Shown here one piece after another: positions 37,574 to 49,520 of a DNA stretch of 62,515 bases. The notes under the pieces were generated by a model. The model was not told the origin of the DNA. It searched no databases and was given only the letters and a program-made list of their open reading frames with translations. Every line of letters starts with the position of its first letter. Position 1 is the first letter of the stretch. Both the position numbers and the translations under genes were made by a program. Source of the stretch: Isurus oxyrinchus (taxonomy: Eukaryota); NCBI GenBank assembly GCA_026770705.1, contig JANJGN010000026.1, forward strand, positions 32,674,001-32,736,515. The letters are read 5' to 3'.

Positions 37574-37861
37574 CCACGTGTTTCACTGCACTGTTCTACA
37601 CCGTAGCAACTGAGAACTGAACCGAGTGAACGGTAAGAGTGGTAGAGCCTTTCACATGGTCCACAGATACTTTAAATCTTTCTTCAACTCTTTCATCACT
37701 GAATATGGAGAAGAGATGCTCTGGGGGCGCAAGTAGAGAATTGGCGGTGCAAGATTATAAGTTCATTTGCAGCGAAAGTAGAGTTATGGTGAAGCAAAAT
37801 GATTGTCCTTGTGTTCGCGATAAACCAATATCAGAATTTGTTTCCCAGTGACAAGGAGTAG
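37574..37861 (-). pseudogene. V pseudogene of the His23/Ser104 family
   Basis: With frameshifts: GQ..ILLHHNSTF...HRQFS...PEHLFS...RFKVSVD...TLTVHSVQFS...V*NSAVK, then CACGTGG. Confidence 0.78.
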
Positions 37862-37978
37862 CTGCCAAAACAAGAATGAAATTAACATAATGATATATAC
37901 AAGGTATACTAAATGTAGTGCTTGTGGAAAAAAGGTAGAATAAACTGATCAGTCCACCCATCCACCTATCCACCCTGG

Positions 37979-38115
37979 GTCCACCTGAGTTAACGGTTCT
38001 GTAAGAATAGCCCATAATTATCAGCTATAGGAACTCCACTTCTGAGAGATTTCATTACCTCTGTCGGCAAATGGATATTGCGAGTAAGTTCGGAACTAGT
38101 TACGCAACAAATAGC
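37979..38115 (+). pseudogene. Small remnant of a 'KDSVSQDPP'-family V
   Basis: ccacctgagttaacggttctg (PPELTVL) and agttacgcaacaaa match the 1381 and 6730 copies. Confidence 0.45.
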
Positions 38116-38134
38116 TGCATGGGAATAACGTTGG

Positions 38135-38468
38135 ACACGATGGTGTACTGGCATTATCTCTGCAATAGTGCTTTAAGAATCCGGGCTAACCCTTTGGGGG
38201 CTCAGGTTCGAGTCCTGCTATAGTAGAATTTAAATTCAATTTAGAAGTATAATGATGACCATAAAACGGTTGTTGTAAAAACCCATTTGGTTCACTGTTG
38301 TCCTTTAGGGAGGGAAATCTGTCGTCCTTACCTGGCCTGGCCTACATGTGGCTCCAGGCCCACAGCAATGTGGTTGATTCTAAAATGTCCACTGAACAAG
38401 GGCAATTTGGGGGTGAGCAACAAATGCTGGCCTAGCCAGTGACGCCCACATCCGATGAACGAACAAAC
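38135..38468 (+). mobile_element. tRNA-derived SINE
   Basis: tggtgtactgg (A-box-like), ggttcgagtcc (B-box), same core and tail as 2550-2915. Confidence 0.82.
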
Positions 38469-38641
38469 ATTTCCCCCCCCCCCCCAAAACTGTCTCTCTG
38501 TGGATTTAGACAAGGACAAAAAGAGTAATAAAACTGCGGTAAATAGACCTGTCTGTTTTGCTTTTCAGGAACACAGGATGAAACCCTTCCGATCCACAAA
38601 AGCACATAAGAAAGCTTATCGAAGCTGTAAGTGCTCGCTGA

Positions 38642-39209
38642 GGTTTTTGCACAGGGTTCTAGCTGTGATCTAACGCTGTGCCTCATTGCACAGTAATACA
38701 CCGCCCCGTCCTCCACACTCAGTTCGCTTATATTGAGGTATCCGTTCTTTTGAGACATGTCAGCAGCCGCCACATACCGTCCTGAAATTTCATTTTTCTT
38801 CATTGCTAAGACATTGGTAATAATCCAACTTGGTGGCTGTGCCGTCTGCTGCCGATACCATTGAACGTGGTTTAGATTCCGATCTGTATATTCACAGTCT
38901 AATTGCACCGAACCCCCTTCCGACACCGTTATTTCGACCGGGGACTGAGTTACTGGATCTGCGCATTGTCCTCCTGTGAGGTAGAAGAATGAAATAGCAA
39001 GCGGTTAAACAGCGTTGATCTCAAATTGTTTGTAGCTGTTTGAGTTTGCAGAACCTCCTATCTACCTAGCTGTCTATACTATGGATATTTCTGATCGTGA
39101 ATTCTATTAAGTACTATCGCAATCTCTGTACACTAATCTACCGATCTGCCTTGATTAACTTAATCCAGTACTTACTGTCAAACAGCGCCGTCAGTTATAT
39201 CAGCAACAT
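38642..39209 (-). pseudogene. Canonical TCR V with intact V exon and RSS but a nonsense codon in the leader
   Basis: Leader 39176-39209 MLLI*LTALFD|gtaagt (TAA at 39195-39197). Exon 38681-38973 open: GQCADPVTQSPVEITVSEGGSVQLDCEY...WYRQQ...EDGAVYYCAMR. CACAGCG + 23 nt + GCAAAAACC. Confidence 0.88.
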
Positions 39210-40354
39210 GTCAGACTGAATCTCTCTCAGCGAATGTGAATGGAATGAGCGAGAGATGGAAAAGAAGAGAGGGAACCCAGGCTTTGCCCAGCTCATTGTT
39301 CCACCCGCACACTGCGGGGGGGGGGGGGGGGGGGGGGGGGCGGGGGGGGGGCAAGGCCCATTGTGACCACACTCAGGAAACCATCCCTATTGGTTTTGGC
39401 GTTTCCACCACGTGACTTAGTGACGCCCATGCTTGAATTTGGCACCCTCCGCTGGTGATTTCGGTTAAATCAGTGTTCGGATGCGGCCGTTGAATGGATT
39501 CAGGTTTATTGAAATGCATATCAAGAAACAAATGCTCCCCAGGAATCTGAATTGGAGCTGTTCAGACAGTCTTTGCGGCTGCTGATGTTTAGGTTGGGCG
39601 TAATGTTCAATCTGTAGAAATGATTGCTGGAGTTCTCCGTCCAAATCCTGAGCACTACGAAGTAGAAGGAATGTCAAGATTTTGGAGAAAGTGCGGACGC
39701 TTCACATCAGAATGGCACCAGACATGTGGACGTTTTTGCGAACAGACTAGGCAAACGTGGATTCTTATCCTCGCAACAAAGAATGTATAAGAGATATTCA
39801 TTTGATGTGCCAAAAATTGTCCTTTATTCAGAGTAGAACGCAGTTTCATCCATTGTCAGAAGATTCAATAACCAAATCACCTCGATTTCATAAAAAGATT
39901 AGAGGGAAAGATTTGTTTTATTTATTACATTGTATATGTTACCATCTTGAATACGATGCATAAAATGATGGAGAAAGAGGATTCAACCATAAATTGCAAT
40001 GCGGAATTGTCATAAGTCGGAAAAGGAAAACAACGTGGAAAATGCGGGCTCTGAAAGGCGTTTGGGATCGGTCTTTCAAATAGACACAAAAACGCAAAGT
40101 GGAGTCCTCATTCCATCCCCTAACTTACAATGCTTCTGCTCCCTTCCTGCCCCTCCCGCACTATTTATTCTCAGTCACTTGATGAGTAAACAGGTGCAGG
40201 ATGCTCACGGTCTCCTGGAGCTTCAACCGTCGCTATTTCCGCTCCAGCACTTCCGGCTGCAGCTGTTCATCGCCGCGCACTTTTATCAGTTTTCAATCTG
40301 CTGCATCCCCGGTCACAGCTTCCGTTTGTTCCTCTCCTCAGGCCCGAATTTGTC

Positions 40355-40602
40355 AGAGACAGTTTGATCTTTAATTGATTTGACAGTTTGATCGTTAATC
40401 GATCTGAGAGACTTAAGTTGAAAAGTAAAGTGCTTCCTGGCGGTGATGTGACCCATTAATCATATGTCTAGAATTAGCACAAAAAGGCGGAAAAGAGTTT
40501 AATCTCTAATGGATCTGAGATAGTATAAGCTCTAATCTATCATGGGAGACAGTTTTCTCTCTAATTCATCTGAGAGACAGTTTGATCTTTAATTGATCTC
40601 TC
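40355..40602 (+). repeat. Degenerate ~28-bp repeat array
   Basis: About 6 copies of gacagtttgatct(t/c)taattgatctgaga; the same unit recurs at ~51202-51248. Confidence 0.7.
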
Positions 40603-41730
40603 TATAGACATATATCTCTCTGTGTATGTGTGGTTCTCCTTGTTCTCGTGTGCCCGTGCGTGCTTACGTTGATGCACTTTAGAGTACGTGTTTGATTTTA
40701 AATGTCTGCGTGTGCACCTGCAAGTGCTTTTATGTATTTCTCTGTGTGCCTATCTCTGCGCGTGTCCGTTGTGTGGGTCTGTGCCGCCATACTATTTCCA
40801 ATGCCGTGTGAGAGGCTTCGCCTGGACACTGTAGGGCTCTACTGGGATATTTGATGAATAACTTTCAACCCAAAAACAGTTGAATTAGGTCAGTAACTTC
40901 CATACTTTTATGCAAATTCTGGACGTGATTAATGGGCCACATTACCTCCAAGAATTACTTCACTTTTCAACTTAATAAAAAAACAGGAGCGAATAGTCCC
41001 ACAGAGAGAAAAGATAGTAGACAAAGCTAGAGGAGAAAGAGGAAGAGAGAGGGAGAAAAAAGTGGTATTGTTGCGGGGGGGGGGGGGGGGGGGTTGATTG
41101 GGGGGGGGGGACGGGATATGGGGTGGTGTTGGCGGGGTGCAGAATGTGCGGCATTCTGTGTGAAATCCCTCTTTATATCGGCTGTGAGTATTTTTCATGG
41201 TCATCGAGAAGCTTTTTTAACAGGAGACTCGCACACTGGTCAGAGAACAACTTTAAATATTACCCATCATCGTTCCGCATCAAAGATTGACCCCCTTAAA
41301 GCAACTATATCGGTTTCAATGCAGTTTTCATTATTCTTTACTCCACAGCCTAGTCACTGAGTTTATGTTAGACTGAGGTTGCTAGATCTATGGGTATGAA
41401 GAGACTTGGATTTAGTGTAGGAAGGTAGATGAGAGTTAGATAGGTAGATTAGAGATAGCTGGTGCTGCAGGGTCCAGAGACAGAATGCCCGACTCCAGCT
41501 CTTGCTTCATATGTTCTTATGCTCTCTCTCCTTATTTGGAGCTCTCTGACGTCACGGATTGAAGGAACTGTGAGCGGATTGGGTGAATTCAGGGACAAAG
41601 AGCTGTGAGATCAATCAGGAATAAACCAACCGGGTGCGGGGCCGGATATTACTCCACATCTTCTTAACTCTTCACTAAAACAATTCTGATTGGAATCACT
41701 CTATTCAAATCCACCATCGGCTCTGCAAAC

Positions 41731-42275
41731 ATGTTGTCTGTTCATTCTTCACAGCTGCGATTCTCTTAACGGGTAAATTGCCAAGTTACGCCATTTTCAT
41801 TTTGCAGGTTATACTAGCATAGTGATCTACCTTTTAACTCTGTTTTTCCTTTATTTGTAAAGGGCTCCGTTAACATGATAACCCTGATTGTAACAGTGAT
41901 AATAAAAAGTTGAAGTTCTGTACTTTGAATTTTCTGCAGACTCGGTGTTACAGGAGCCGCTTGCAGGGGCACAGTTTGAAGGAGACTTGCTGACCATTAA
42001 TTTCAGCTATTCTATCACGATTGGTTTCTGCTTCTTGCAACTGTACCGTCAGGATGACGAGAAAGCCCCCACAATATTGACCTGTATCGATTCCGCTGGG
42101 CTTGTTTTCAATGCAGAGGGCGCGGGGGCTCGATTATCTGCATCTCTCGACACTTCCAGAAGTGAGGAGAATTTCACCATCCGCGACCTGAGGCTGCCTG
42201 ACAGCGCGGTGTATTACTGCGGGCTGAGAGACACAGTGACAGGAACCACAGGGAGCCTTCCTCGTAGAGGAACAC
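41731..42275 (+). pseudogene. Cys23/Trp41-less family V pseudogene
   Basis: Frameshifted leader with stop (41731-41772). Exon 41940-42231 open: DSVLQEPLAGAQFEGDLLTINFSYS...LQLYRQD...ENFTIRDLRLPDSAVYYCGLR. CACAGTG at 42232 but nonamer decayed. CRE TGACGTCA at 41547-41554. Confidence 0.9.
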
Positions 42276-43278
42276 TGCAGAAACGTGACCCGTTCAACGG
42301 AATGGCGGGTAGAGTGGGGAGGAACAAAGACTTTCAAAGCAGATAACCGGAATGTGCTGATTGAAAGTAAAACCAAATAAGTAACAAGCCGATAGCAACA
42401 GGTGCGGCATTTTGAATGTTTTCATTTACATCGAAAACATTCTGAACATAATGTAAAATGTGTTCAGAAAATTCATCCCATTTTGTAAATTAAAGAATAA
42501 ACGGCAGAAATGCTGAGCAAAATAGTTGACCTTATGTTCCAGCCGTTACAAGGGGTACACAACACAAATGCGGCATCAGTTATATATCACTGAAGGGACG
42601 CGCAGGAAAAAAGAACAAAGGCTTTGCATTTTCATAAAGCCTTACCTGGTGTGTTCAGATTTCCCAAAACGCATCCAGTGCTCAAACTTTCTGACACTGT
42701 AAAAAAAAGCTTTAATATTCAGTCGGTTACCTGGTCACCTGTTCCGGTGCCTAGAACACAGCAGCCTGTCCTTGTGAATTATACAATCTATTAATCATTG
42801 TTCATCAGCTTCTAATCATGTCTTGAAAATAACTTCTTTGTGCCTGTTTATATTATAGATTCTTAATTTCAATATATGGAAGCAACTAACATTGAGAGAT
42901 GTTTAATCAGGTCATTATATTTATACGGATTCTCCTCACCTAGTGGCCTAATGTCTCACTACTGGCTATTTCAACACAAAAGAAACATTTGTTCCTTTGC
43001 CATGAATTGTTTCATGAACAGCAGTGCACTGATATAAATCGGTGCAGGCCACTTTCATGTGTTTATATTCTCAATGGATATGGCGAGCTCTCAGACATTC
43101 CCAAATAAGCAATAAGATTCTGCCCCTCACATTTAATACAGTAATCAGACTGAATCAATATTCAATGCGAATGATTTAGATGGTGATTATGTGGATTGTG
43201 CTTGAACAGAATGGATTGACGTGTCAGTGTCTGACCCGCTGTTATAAACAGCCCTCAACAGACAGCAGCTGTGCTCCA

Positions 43279-43506
43279 GAAAGTGAGACTCTGTGCACAG
43301 TAATAGACCGCGGTGTCAGACAGCCACAACTCCTGGATCGTCAATCGATACGACTTGTCTGACTGCAGGACTGTATTAGAAAACCGGCTCTGAGCGAAAT
43401 CCGCCTTAAATACTAAACCGCCACCCGTGAGCCTCCGGACTGCAAATTCGGGCTGTCTGCCTGGGTACTGCCGGTACCAGCATAAGGAATCAGCATCGTC
43501 GGTACA
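43279..43506 (-). pseudogene. 5'-truncated TCR V
   Basis: DADSLCWYRQYPGRQPEFAVRRLTGGGLVFKADFAQSRFSNTVLQSDKSYRLTIQELWLSDTAVYYCAQSL; heptamer CACTTTC; 5' end replaced by a Penelope insertion. Confidence 0.88.
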
Positions 43507-44155
43507 GGTGGAGTGTTGAAATGCATGTCCACCCTCTCATGCCCACATGTCCATCCTTGGCCTGCTGCAATGTTCCAGTGAAGCTCAACGCAAACTCGAG
43601 GAACAGCACCTCATCTTACGACTAGGCACTTTACAGCCTTCCGGACTGAATATTGAGTTCAACAATTTTAGATCATGAACACTCTTCTCCACCCCACCCC
43701 CTTTCGGACCCCCTTTTTCCCCAATAATTTATATTGATTTTTCTTTTCCCGCTTATTTCCATTACTTTTGAATGCATTTCCATCCATTGCTTTATCTCTA
43801 TTTCGATCTCTTCCCCCCACCCCAACCCCACAAGGGCTATCTGTACCTTGCTCGTACTGCTTTCTACCCTTAATGTCACCTATTAGCACATTTCTTATCT
43901 AATATCACCACCGTCAACATCTCTGTGTCCTTCTGTCTATGACATCTTCTGGAAATCTCCACCTATCACTGGCCCTCTATCCTGCTCTACTTGTCTCCAC
44001 CACCACCCCCCTGCCCCCCATTAACCAATCTTATATTTCACCTCTCTTTTACTTTTCCTTAGTTCTGTTGAAGAGTCATACGGATGCGAAACGTTAACTG
44101 TGTTCCTCTCTGCAGATGCTGTCAGACCTGCTGATTTTTTCTGGGTATTTTTATT
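43507..44155 (+). mobile_element. Penelope-like 3' fragment (endonuclease C-terminus and pLTR)
   Basis: EAQRKLEEQHLILRLGTLQPSGLNIEFNNF; pLTR with hammerhead-like core at 44061-44099; short inverted 5' piece. Confidence 0.88.
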
Positions 44156-44164
44156 GTCCTATTA

Positions 44165-44443
44165 GATGGAGGTTCGGTGTAGTTATATTGTGAATAAAAA
44201 ACCCTGGATATTGACTACAGGCAATGATAACGGCAGAAACCAACACATCCTCCAGGCTGGATAATCAGCAGAACAGTGATGCTGAAAGAAGGCAAAAATC
44301 TCAGGACAATATCTGGCGGCTGCTGACAGGTCTACAAAGTCTGGTTACCTCAATAAAAGCGGTCTGAGTATGAAGACCAGCGCGGTCTATTATGGCGCAG
44401 TGAAGCACAGGTCAGATACCAGCCAAGTCGCCGTATAAAATCC
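44165..44443 (+). pseudogene. 5'-truncated TCR V pseudogene (family of 38681-38973)
   Basis: GGSV*LYCE*...PPGWII...ISGQYLAAAD...GYLN...SAVYYGAVK; CACAGGT + 22 nt + ATAAAATCC. Confidence 0.85.
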
Positions 44444-44559
44444 TGAGCGACTACTCAACACTGTCAAGTGCTGTTTGGCGCTTTTACCGGTGGGGAATTT
44501 GATCCCAAGGAAGCCCACGGAGAAAGATTGGTAGGTTTATTTCTCAAATTGTTGTATTA

Positions 44560-44799
44560 CTCTCTTGGTCCTTTCCTACGTCAACAGGGAGCCTGCATGG
44601 AAATATTGAGATCTAACTCAATGTTTCGAGCTACACCTCCTCAGTAAATATCTCGGATCTCACCAGGAACATTAATGTGTCAGCAGAGCTAGAGAAAGTT
44701 ATCAGGTATGCAGTAACTGCAGCCTAACATCATTATCTTTTCTTCCAGACCGTTAACCCAGAGAGATGCAGGAACTCTCACTCTCTGTCTCCCTCTTGC
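44560..44799 (-). pseudogene. Heavily decayed 'KDSVSQDPP'-family V
   Basis: Acceptor ctgtgctttgttacag nearly identical to the 1381 copy; traces of LTV..EEKIMMLGCSY and PGE.PRYLL. Confidence 0.65.
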
Positions 44800-45120
44800 C
44801 TGTAACAAAGCACAGAATGCGCCAAAGTTTAGGACTAGACTTAAACATGAAATACCCAATGATTGTTTCAGCATTGGCCCACTGAACACATTTTCAGAAG
44901 GAACATGGGGAACACATTGTGTCTTATTTTCATTTTGACAGGAAATAAATTGAATATTAAACGGATGTTGACCCTTCTGGTCTGATTTTATAGTTTGAAT
45001 TCTGATGAGGGCAGTATTCATTTATTAGGGGCTGAGGGCCCTTTTCCAGTGAGATTGTTATCCAACTCCCAGTTCTTTGATGAGGGCAGAGGCTACAAAT
45101 TGTCACCCTCTCCTTCAGAA

Positions 45121-45420
45121 GGCTTTTCTATGATCCTTATTGCGAGGTAACACCTTCTGTCTCAAACGAACAGAAACAGGTGGCACCGTCTGTCACTGAA
45201 GTGTTGCTAACATTCAGAGCACTTCACTATGCTAAATTGGGCCAAGCCTTGATCCTCTTCCGATCGCTGGTACTTCTCACCAGGTGCTGCACTGTTCAGT
45301 CCAGATATTGTCTGTACCATTGTAGGATCCACCGTGCTACTGTGATTAAACACGTCAATGATACAATGTCTCCTTCTGCAACAACCGCTTACTGTCATGT
45401 TCCATCACTGCCAGTTACAT
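45121..45420 (-). pseudogene. TCR V pseudogene related to the intronless V at 9325-9644
   Basis: VVAEGDIVSLTCLITVARWILQWYRQYLD*TVQHLV...SALNVSNTSVTDGATCFC; CAGAAGG + 23 nt + AGAAAAGCC. Confidence 0.8.
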
Positions 45421-45567
45421 TAGATATAATGTCACATAATTAGTAAAATATAACGCAATTCCTTATAACATACAACAATAAAATGCAAAATAACAAAATA
45501 CATGTTGATAGAATACAGGAAAATGCAATCCAACAGAATATAGCATACTTATATTTTTTTATATATA

Positions 45568-45598
<31 letters not shown>

Positions 45599-45599
45599 T

Positions 45600-45870
45600 C
45601 TTCGAACCCCGACAAATCGTGAAATTTGAATTCAATACAAATCTGGGAATATGACGATGAAACCAGTGTCGGTTGTCGTAAAAACCCATCTGGTTCATTT
45701 ATGCTCTTTAGGGGAGGAAATCTGCCATCATTATTTGGTCTGGCCACCATGTGACTCCAGTCCCACAGCAACGTGGTTGACGCTTAAATACACTCTGAAC
45801 AAGGTCAACTAGGGAGGGATGGGTAATAAATGGTGGCCCAGCCAGCGACGCCCACACCCCATAAACGAAT
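45600..45870 (+). mobile_element. 5'-truncated tRNA-derived SINE
   Basis: Begins at B-box ttcgaaccc; same core and tail as the other copies; preceded by (AT)n. Confidence 0.8.
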
Positions 45871-46314
45871 AATATATATTATGTTGTGGCAATATATATT
45901 GCACTATATACGATATTATAGCCATATTGTATCTAATGATGTGTGCCGCAATCACGTGAAGGATAGAGTGAGAAATCCAGAGAGGCCACCAATAAAATGA
46001 AGCTTAGCTTCATGTCGTGTCCTATCAACTTCGGTAAATTAATTGTCGGCAGATCCAGGTCAGGGTAACTGCTTCTGGAGAAGTTAGTGCTGTTGTGCAT
46101 CAATCTTAACGAACACAAGAACACTGTACCCGCTAGGAACAGGCTTCTGGGGCTTCACTTCACAGAGTGAAGTATTTCTCGCTCAGCTTTGTTGGAAGGT
46201 GGGAGGAGCGTCCGTTTCATTATCCTGAATCAGACCGAATAATGGAAACAGGGAGAACACAAATCGTGAGCAATGGTCTCTGTGATCCTCTCAAAAATGA
46301 CCATTTAAACCAGA

Positions 46315-46330
46315 CCACCAGGTGGCGGTG
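46315..46330 (+). promoter_or_regulatory. CTCF-consensus motif
   Basis: CCACCAGGTGGCGGTG. Confidence 0.6.
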
Positions 46331-48594
46331 CCGGGTCGCTGCGTCTACCACAGGTCATGTTGTCCCAAAGAATGCGGACTGGCATTTGCTTCCATCTAAA
46401 TTCACAAAATAAATTATTTTCAGTCCTTCGGTTTGAATTCATAATATTCTTTGATAACGCTAAAAATTTCATACCTTACTTTAATACAAATAAGGTAGTT
46501 ACCGCAAGTTGACAGTTTTGAATTAAGTACATTTGCTATGACAATGGATTACAATTCGGTTTGGGTTGGGATTTTTCTGTCATCCAAAATCTGCTTTCAC
46601 CCGCATACTTCAACCCGAGCTCAATGGTGAAAGGATTTGCAGCTATATAACAACATTGGAATTCATTTCGTGAACCTGGGACTAACAAGGTTCTCATAGA
46701 GAGGTGGAGTTATATCATTTTCAATGAGCATATTATTGTTGAAGCAACTTTCTCACAGTTGTTTTGTCCATGCGCTGTCTAGGTAAATGCTGCAATTAAA
46801 CAGTGACCACAGATATGATATCCTTTTAACCCTGCCAATGTCAAGGTATGGTGAAAAGATATCTCTTACTGTCAGTATGCAAGGTATTCTTGACTGCATG
46901 CAATGCAAATCGGAACCCGCTCGACTCTCTGATCTCTTTCACATTCATCTGCAGTTATTATAGCAACACCACCAGGTCTATATGTTCTCTATTCTACCTT
47001 CTTACTGTTCAATAATTAAGGCAATTTAACATTTTGTTTCAGCTGCATTAATTGTTTGTATTACACCACCCCCCCTCCCCCCCACACACACACACACACA
47101 CTCCCACGCCCCCCTCGGCTGGGTGGATCCGTTCACCGGCAACAATAACGCTGAAGTCTCCCTTGAATTCACTAGTCCCGAGTGCCGTAAAAGGTGAACT
47201 TTCTGACTCACTGCTCAGTCCAGTCACCTTCCTCGAGAAAGGTAGGTCTGGAACCACTATGTCTGGGCGGATTTCCACACAGAGCATCAGTAGGTGAAGT
47301 TTGATTTCGGGCAGATCGCGAGGACCTGACTGCGCCACCAAAGTGAATTGTCACCAACCGCGTTTGACATTTGCAAATCGTCAGCCCGAATATAGGACGT
47401 GTTGTTGAGGAACACGTCGGCCACCTGGTTCGATGCCGGAGAACAAACAGATAGGAGGCTGCCGCGTTAGACGTGCTCTGGAAAAATAAAAGATCAAGAA
47501 GCGAATCGATCAACAATAAGAAAAGATTTTCCAGAGAACTGATCTTGCTGGAATTTCCGAAGCGATTTGCAGGATTATGGGAGGAAGGCAGATATTCTGG
47601 TTTAGCTGCTCTCACAGAGGGTCGGCACGGATAAAATGGGATGAATGGTCTTCCTCTGTGCTGTAACCGCTCCATCATTTTATGATTTTAACGACTGTCT
47701 TGAAATATGACGTATCCAATTGGGACATTCACCTTTTAATCTTCATGTGACTGATCTGGCGTAAGAAGGCTAGGTTGGCAAAGGAAGCTATTGAAAGTTT
47801 TGCATGTTTGCCTTGCAATAAGACAGGTCCGTGGTGAGGGCCGGATACCCCAAGTTTAATTCTCAATGTATTTTCAATTTACATCAATCACAGTCAGCAA
47901 TCTATCTCTGCTTCTACCTCAACAGCAGCTCCTCAGGAAGTCATAACGACGGATTAAAATCTGAAGTTAATCACTGAGCAAAGGAAGTGAGTGAAAAGTA
48001 TGGAGGATAGGGAAAGGGATATTAAAATATGAAGGAAAGATACACCTGAATTGGGATTTCTGAAGAGGAGGAAATGAATATTACACCCTGAGGTGATATT
48101 TCTGAAGAAGTGGAAAGGGATATTAAAATATGAAAGATATACGTGATGAGATGTGATTTCCGAAGTCATTCACTGTACCGAGGGTGGGGATTGATGATAA
48201 AGGAGCGAAGGACAATTCAAAACCGTTTTATTTTGTTTCTCTCTGCACCACTTCCTTTTCGAACCTGATTGACAGTTGTAAGTACAGAATGTTATGCACA
48301 GTGGGTTTCAAGTACTTTTTAATGAGTATGCACCCTGCACCTCCCCCTGGGAGCTTTGAACCGCCCGAAGCATTCTGTCTTCTGTAACTGGCTGTACAGA
48401 GTCGATGTGACATAATCTCTTTTCTTTCTATTTGCAAGCCCGAAGTCTGAAAGTTATGGCTGTTCAAGTATATCCTTACTTACACAAAGCTGGGCAGAAT
48501 TCACGACTGAGGTTTACACAAAATTTTAAATAAACAACGGCAGGGGTCAGTGCTCGAAATATTGTTTAAAATAGAGGGATAGCTGTGTTTTTAT

Positions 48595-48920
48595 TCATTA
48601 ACGGGATGTGGGCTTCACTGGATGGACCAGCATTTATTGCCCTTCCCTAATTGCCCTTGAGAATTCGGTTGTGAGCTGCCTTCTTTAACCGCTGTTGTCC
48701 ATGTGGTGTAGGCATACCTACAGTGTTGTTAGGGAGGGAGTTCCAGGATTTTGACGCAGGGACAGTGAAGGAACTGTGCCATATTTCCAAGTCAGGATGA
48801 TCAATGACTCGGAGGGGGATCTCTAGGTGGTGATGTTCTCATTTATCTACTGCCCTTGTCCTTCCAGATGATAGTGGTCATGGGCTTGGAAATTGCTATC
48901 GAAGGAGCCTTGGTGAATTC
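48595..48920 (-). mobile_element. LINE 3' fragment
   Basis: Reverse-complement match to 19300-19645. Confidence 0.8.
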
Positions 48921-49407
48921 CTCTAGGATTGTTTCTCTAGGTTTGTTCAATTACCTGTTCAGTAAAAATAGATATCACCGTTATAATATCACGGTTCTCA
49001 AAATCACTGAGATAAAACATAGAATCGTCCTTAGCTCAATAGTTAACCGATGCTTGAGGGAAATGTCAGCAGAGTCACTGTTCTGACTGTCCTCCCGGTC
49101 AGGTCAACCTTGTGTTTCCCGATTAAAGTAATCAGCCACTGTTGTGCTGGTCTCTAAAGCTGTACCATTCCACCAACAGGGGCACTAAATATCGCCCTGG
49201 GTGATTAAATTCACTGACAGCCAGAACACGACCCTCGTTCTCTAAAGATGAGCCATTCCCCCTGTAAAAACACTGACCGTAGTCCAGCTCCGGGTGTTTA
49301 CATTCACTGAGGGCTAGCTCACCACCTACCGCTCTCACAGCACCACTGGGGACCGAAGGAAGTGAGGTGAGAACATTCGGAGACACGAAAGCAGATTATT
49401 AAGGTTG

Positions 49408-49513
49408 GGGGTTTAAAACGAGTGTCTTCAAATATCCAACTCCCCTTTTACAGAGCGGACGGGGTTTAAAACGAGTGTCTTCAAATATCCAACTCCCCTT
49501 TTACAGAGCGGAC
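49408..49513 (+). repeat. Perfect 53-bp tandem duplication
   Basis: ggggtttaaaacgagtgtcttcaaatatccaactccccttttacagagcggac twice (49408-49460 and 49461-49513). Confidence 0.95.
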
Positions 49514-49520
49514 AGCGACA

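Noticed and set aside
38135-38225. tRNA-like A and B boxes
   Set aside because: SINE head with no cloverleaf, not a tRNA gene
47130-47300. Possible V relic on the minus strand (DALCG...FLEEGD)
   Set aside because: No consistent V motifs or RSS
49132-49340. ELALSECKHPELDY resembles FR1 of the V at 7033
   Set aside because: Similarity limited to about 14 codons; the rest does not align
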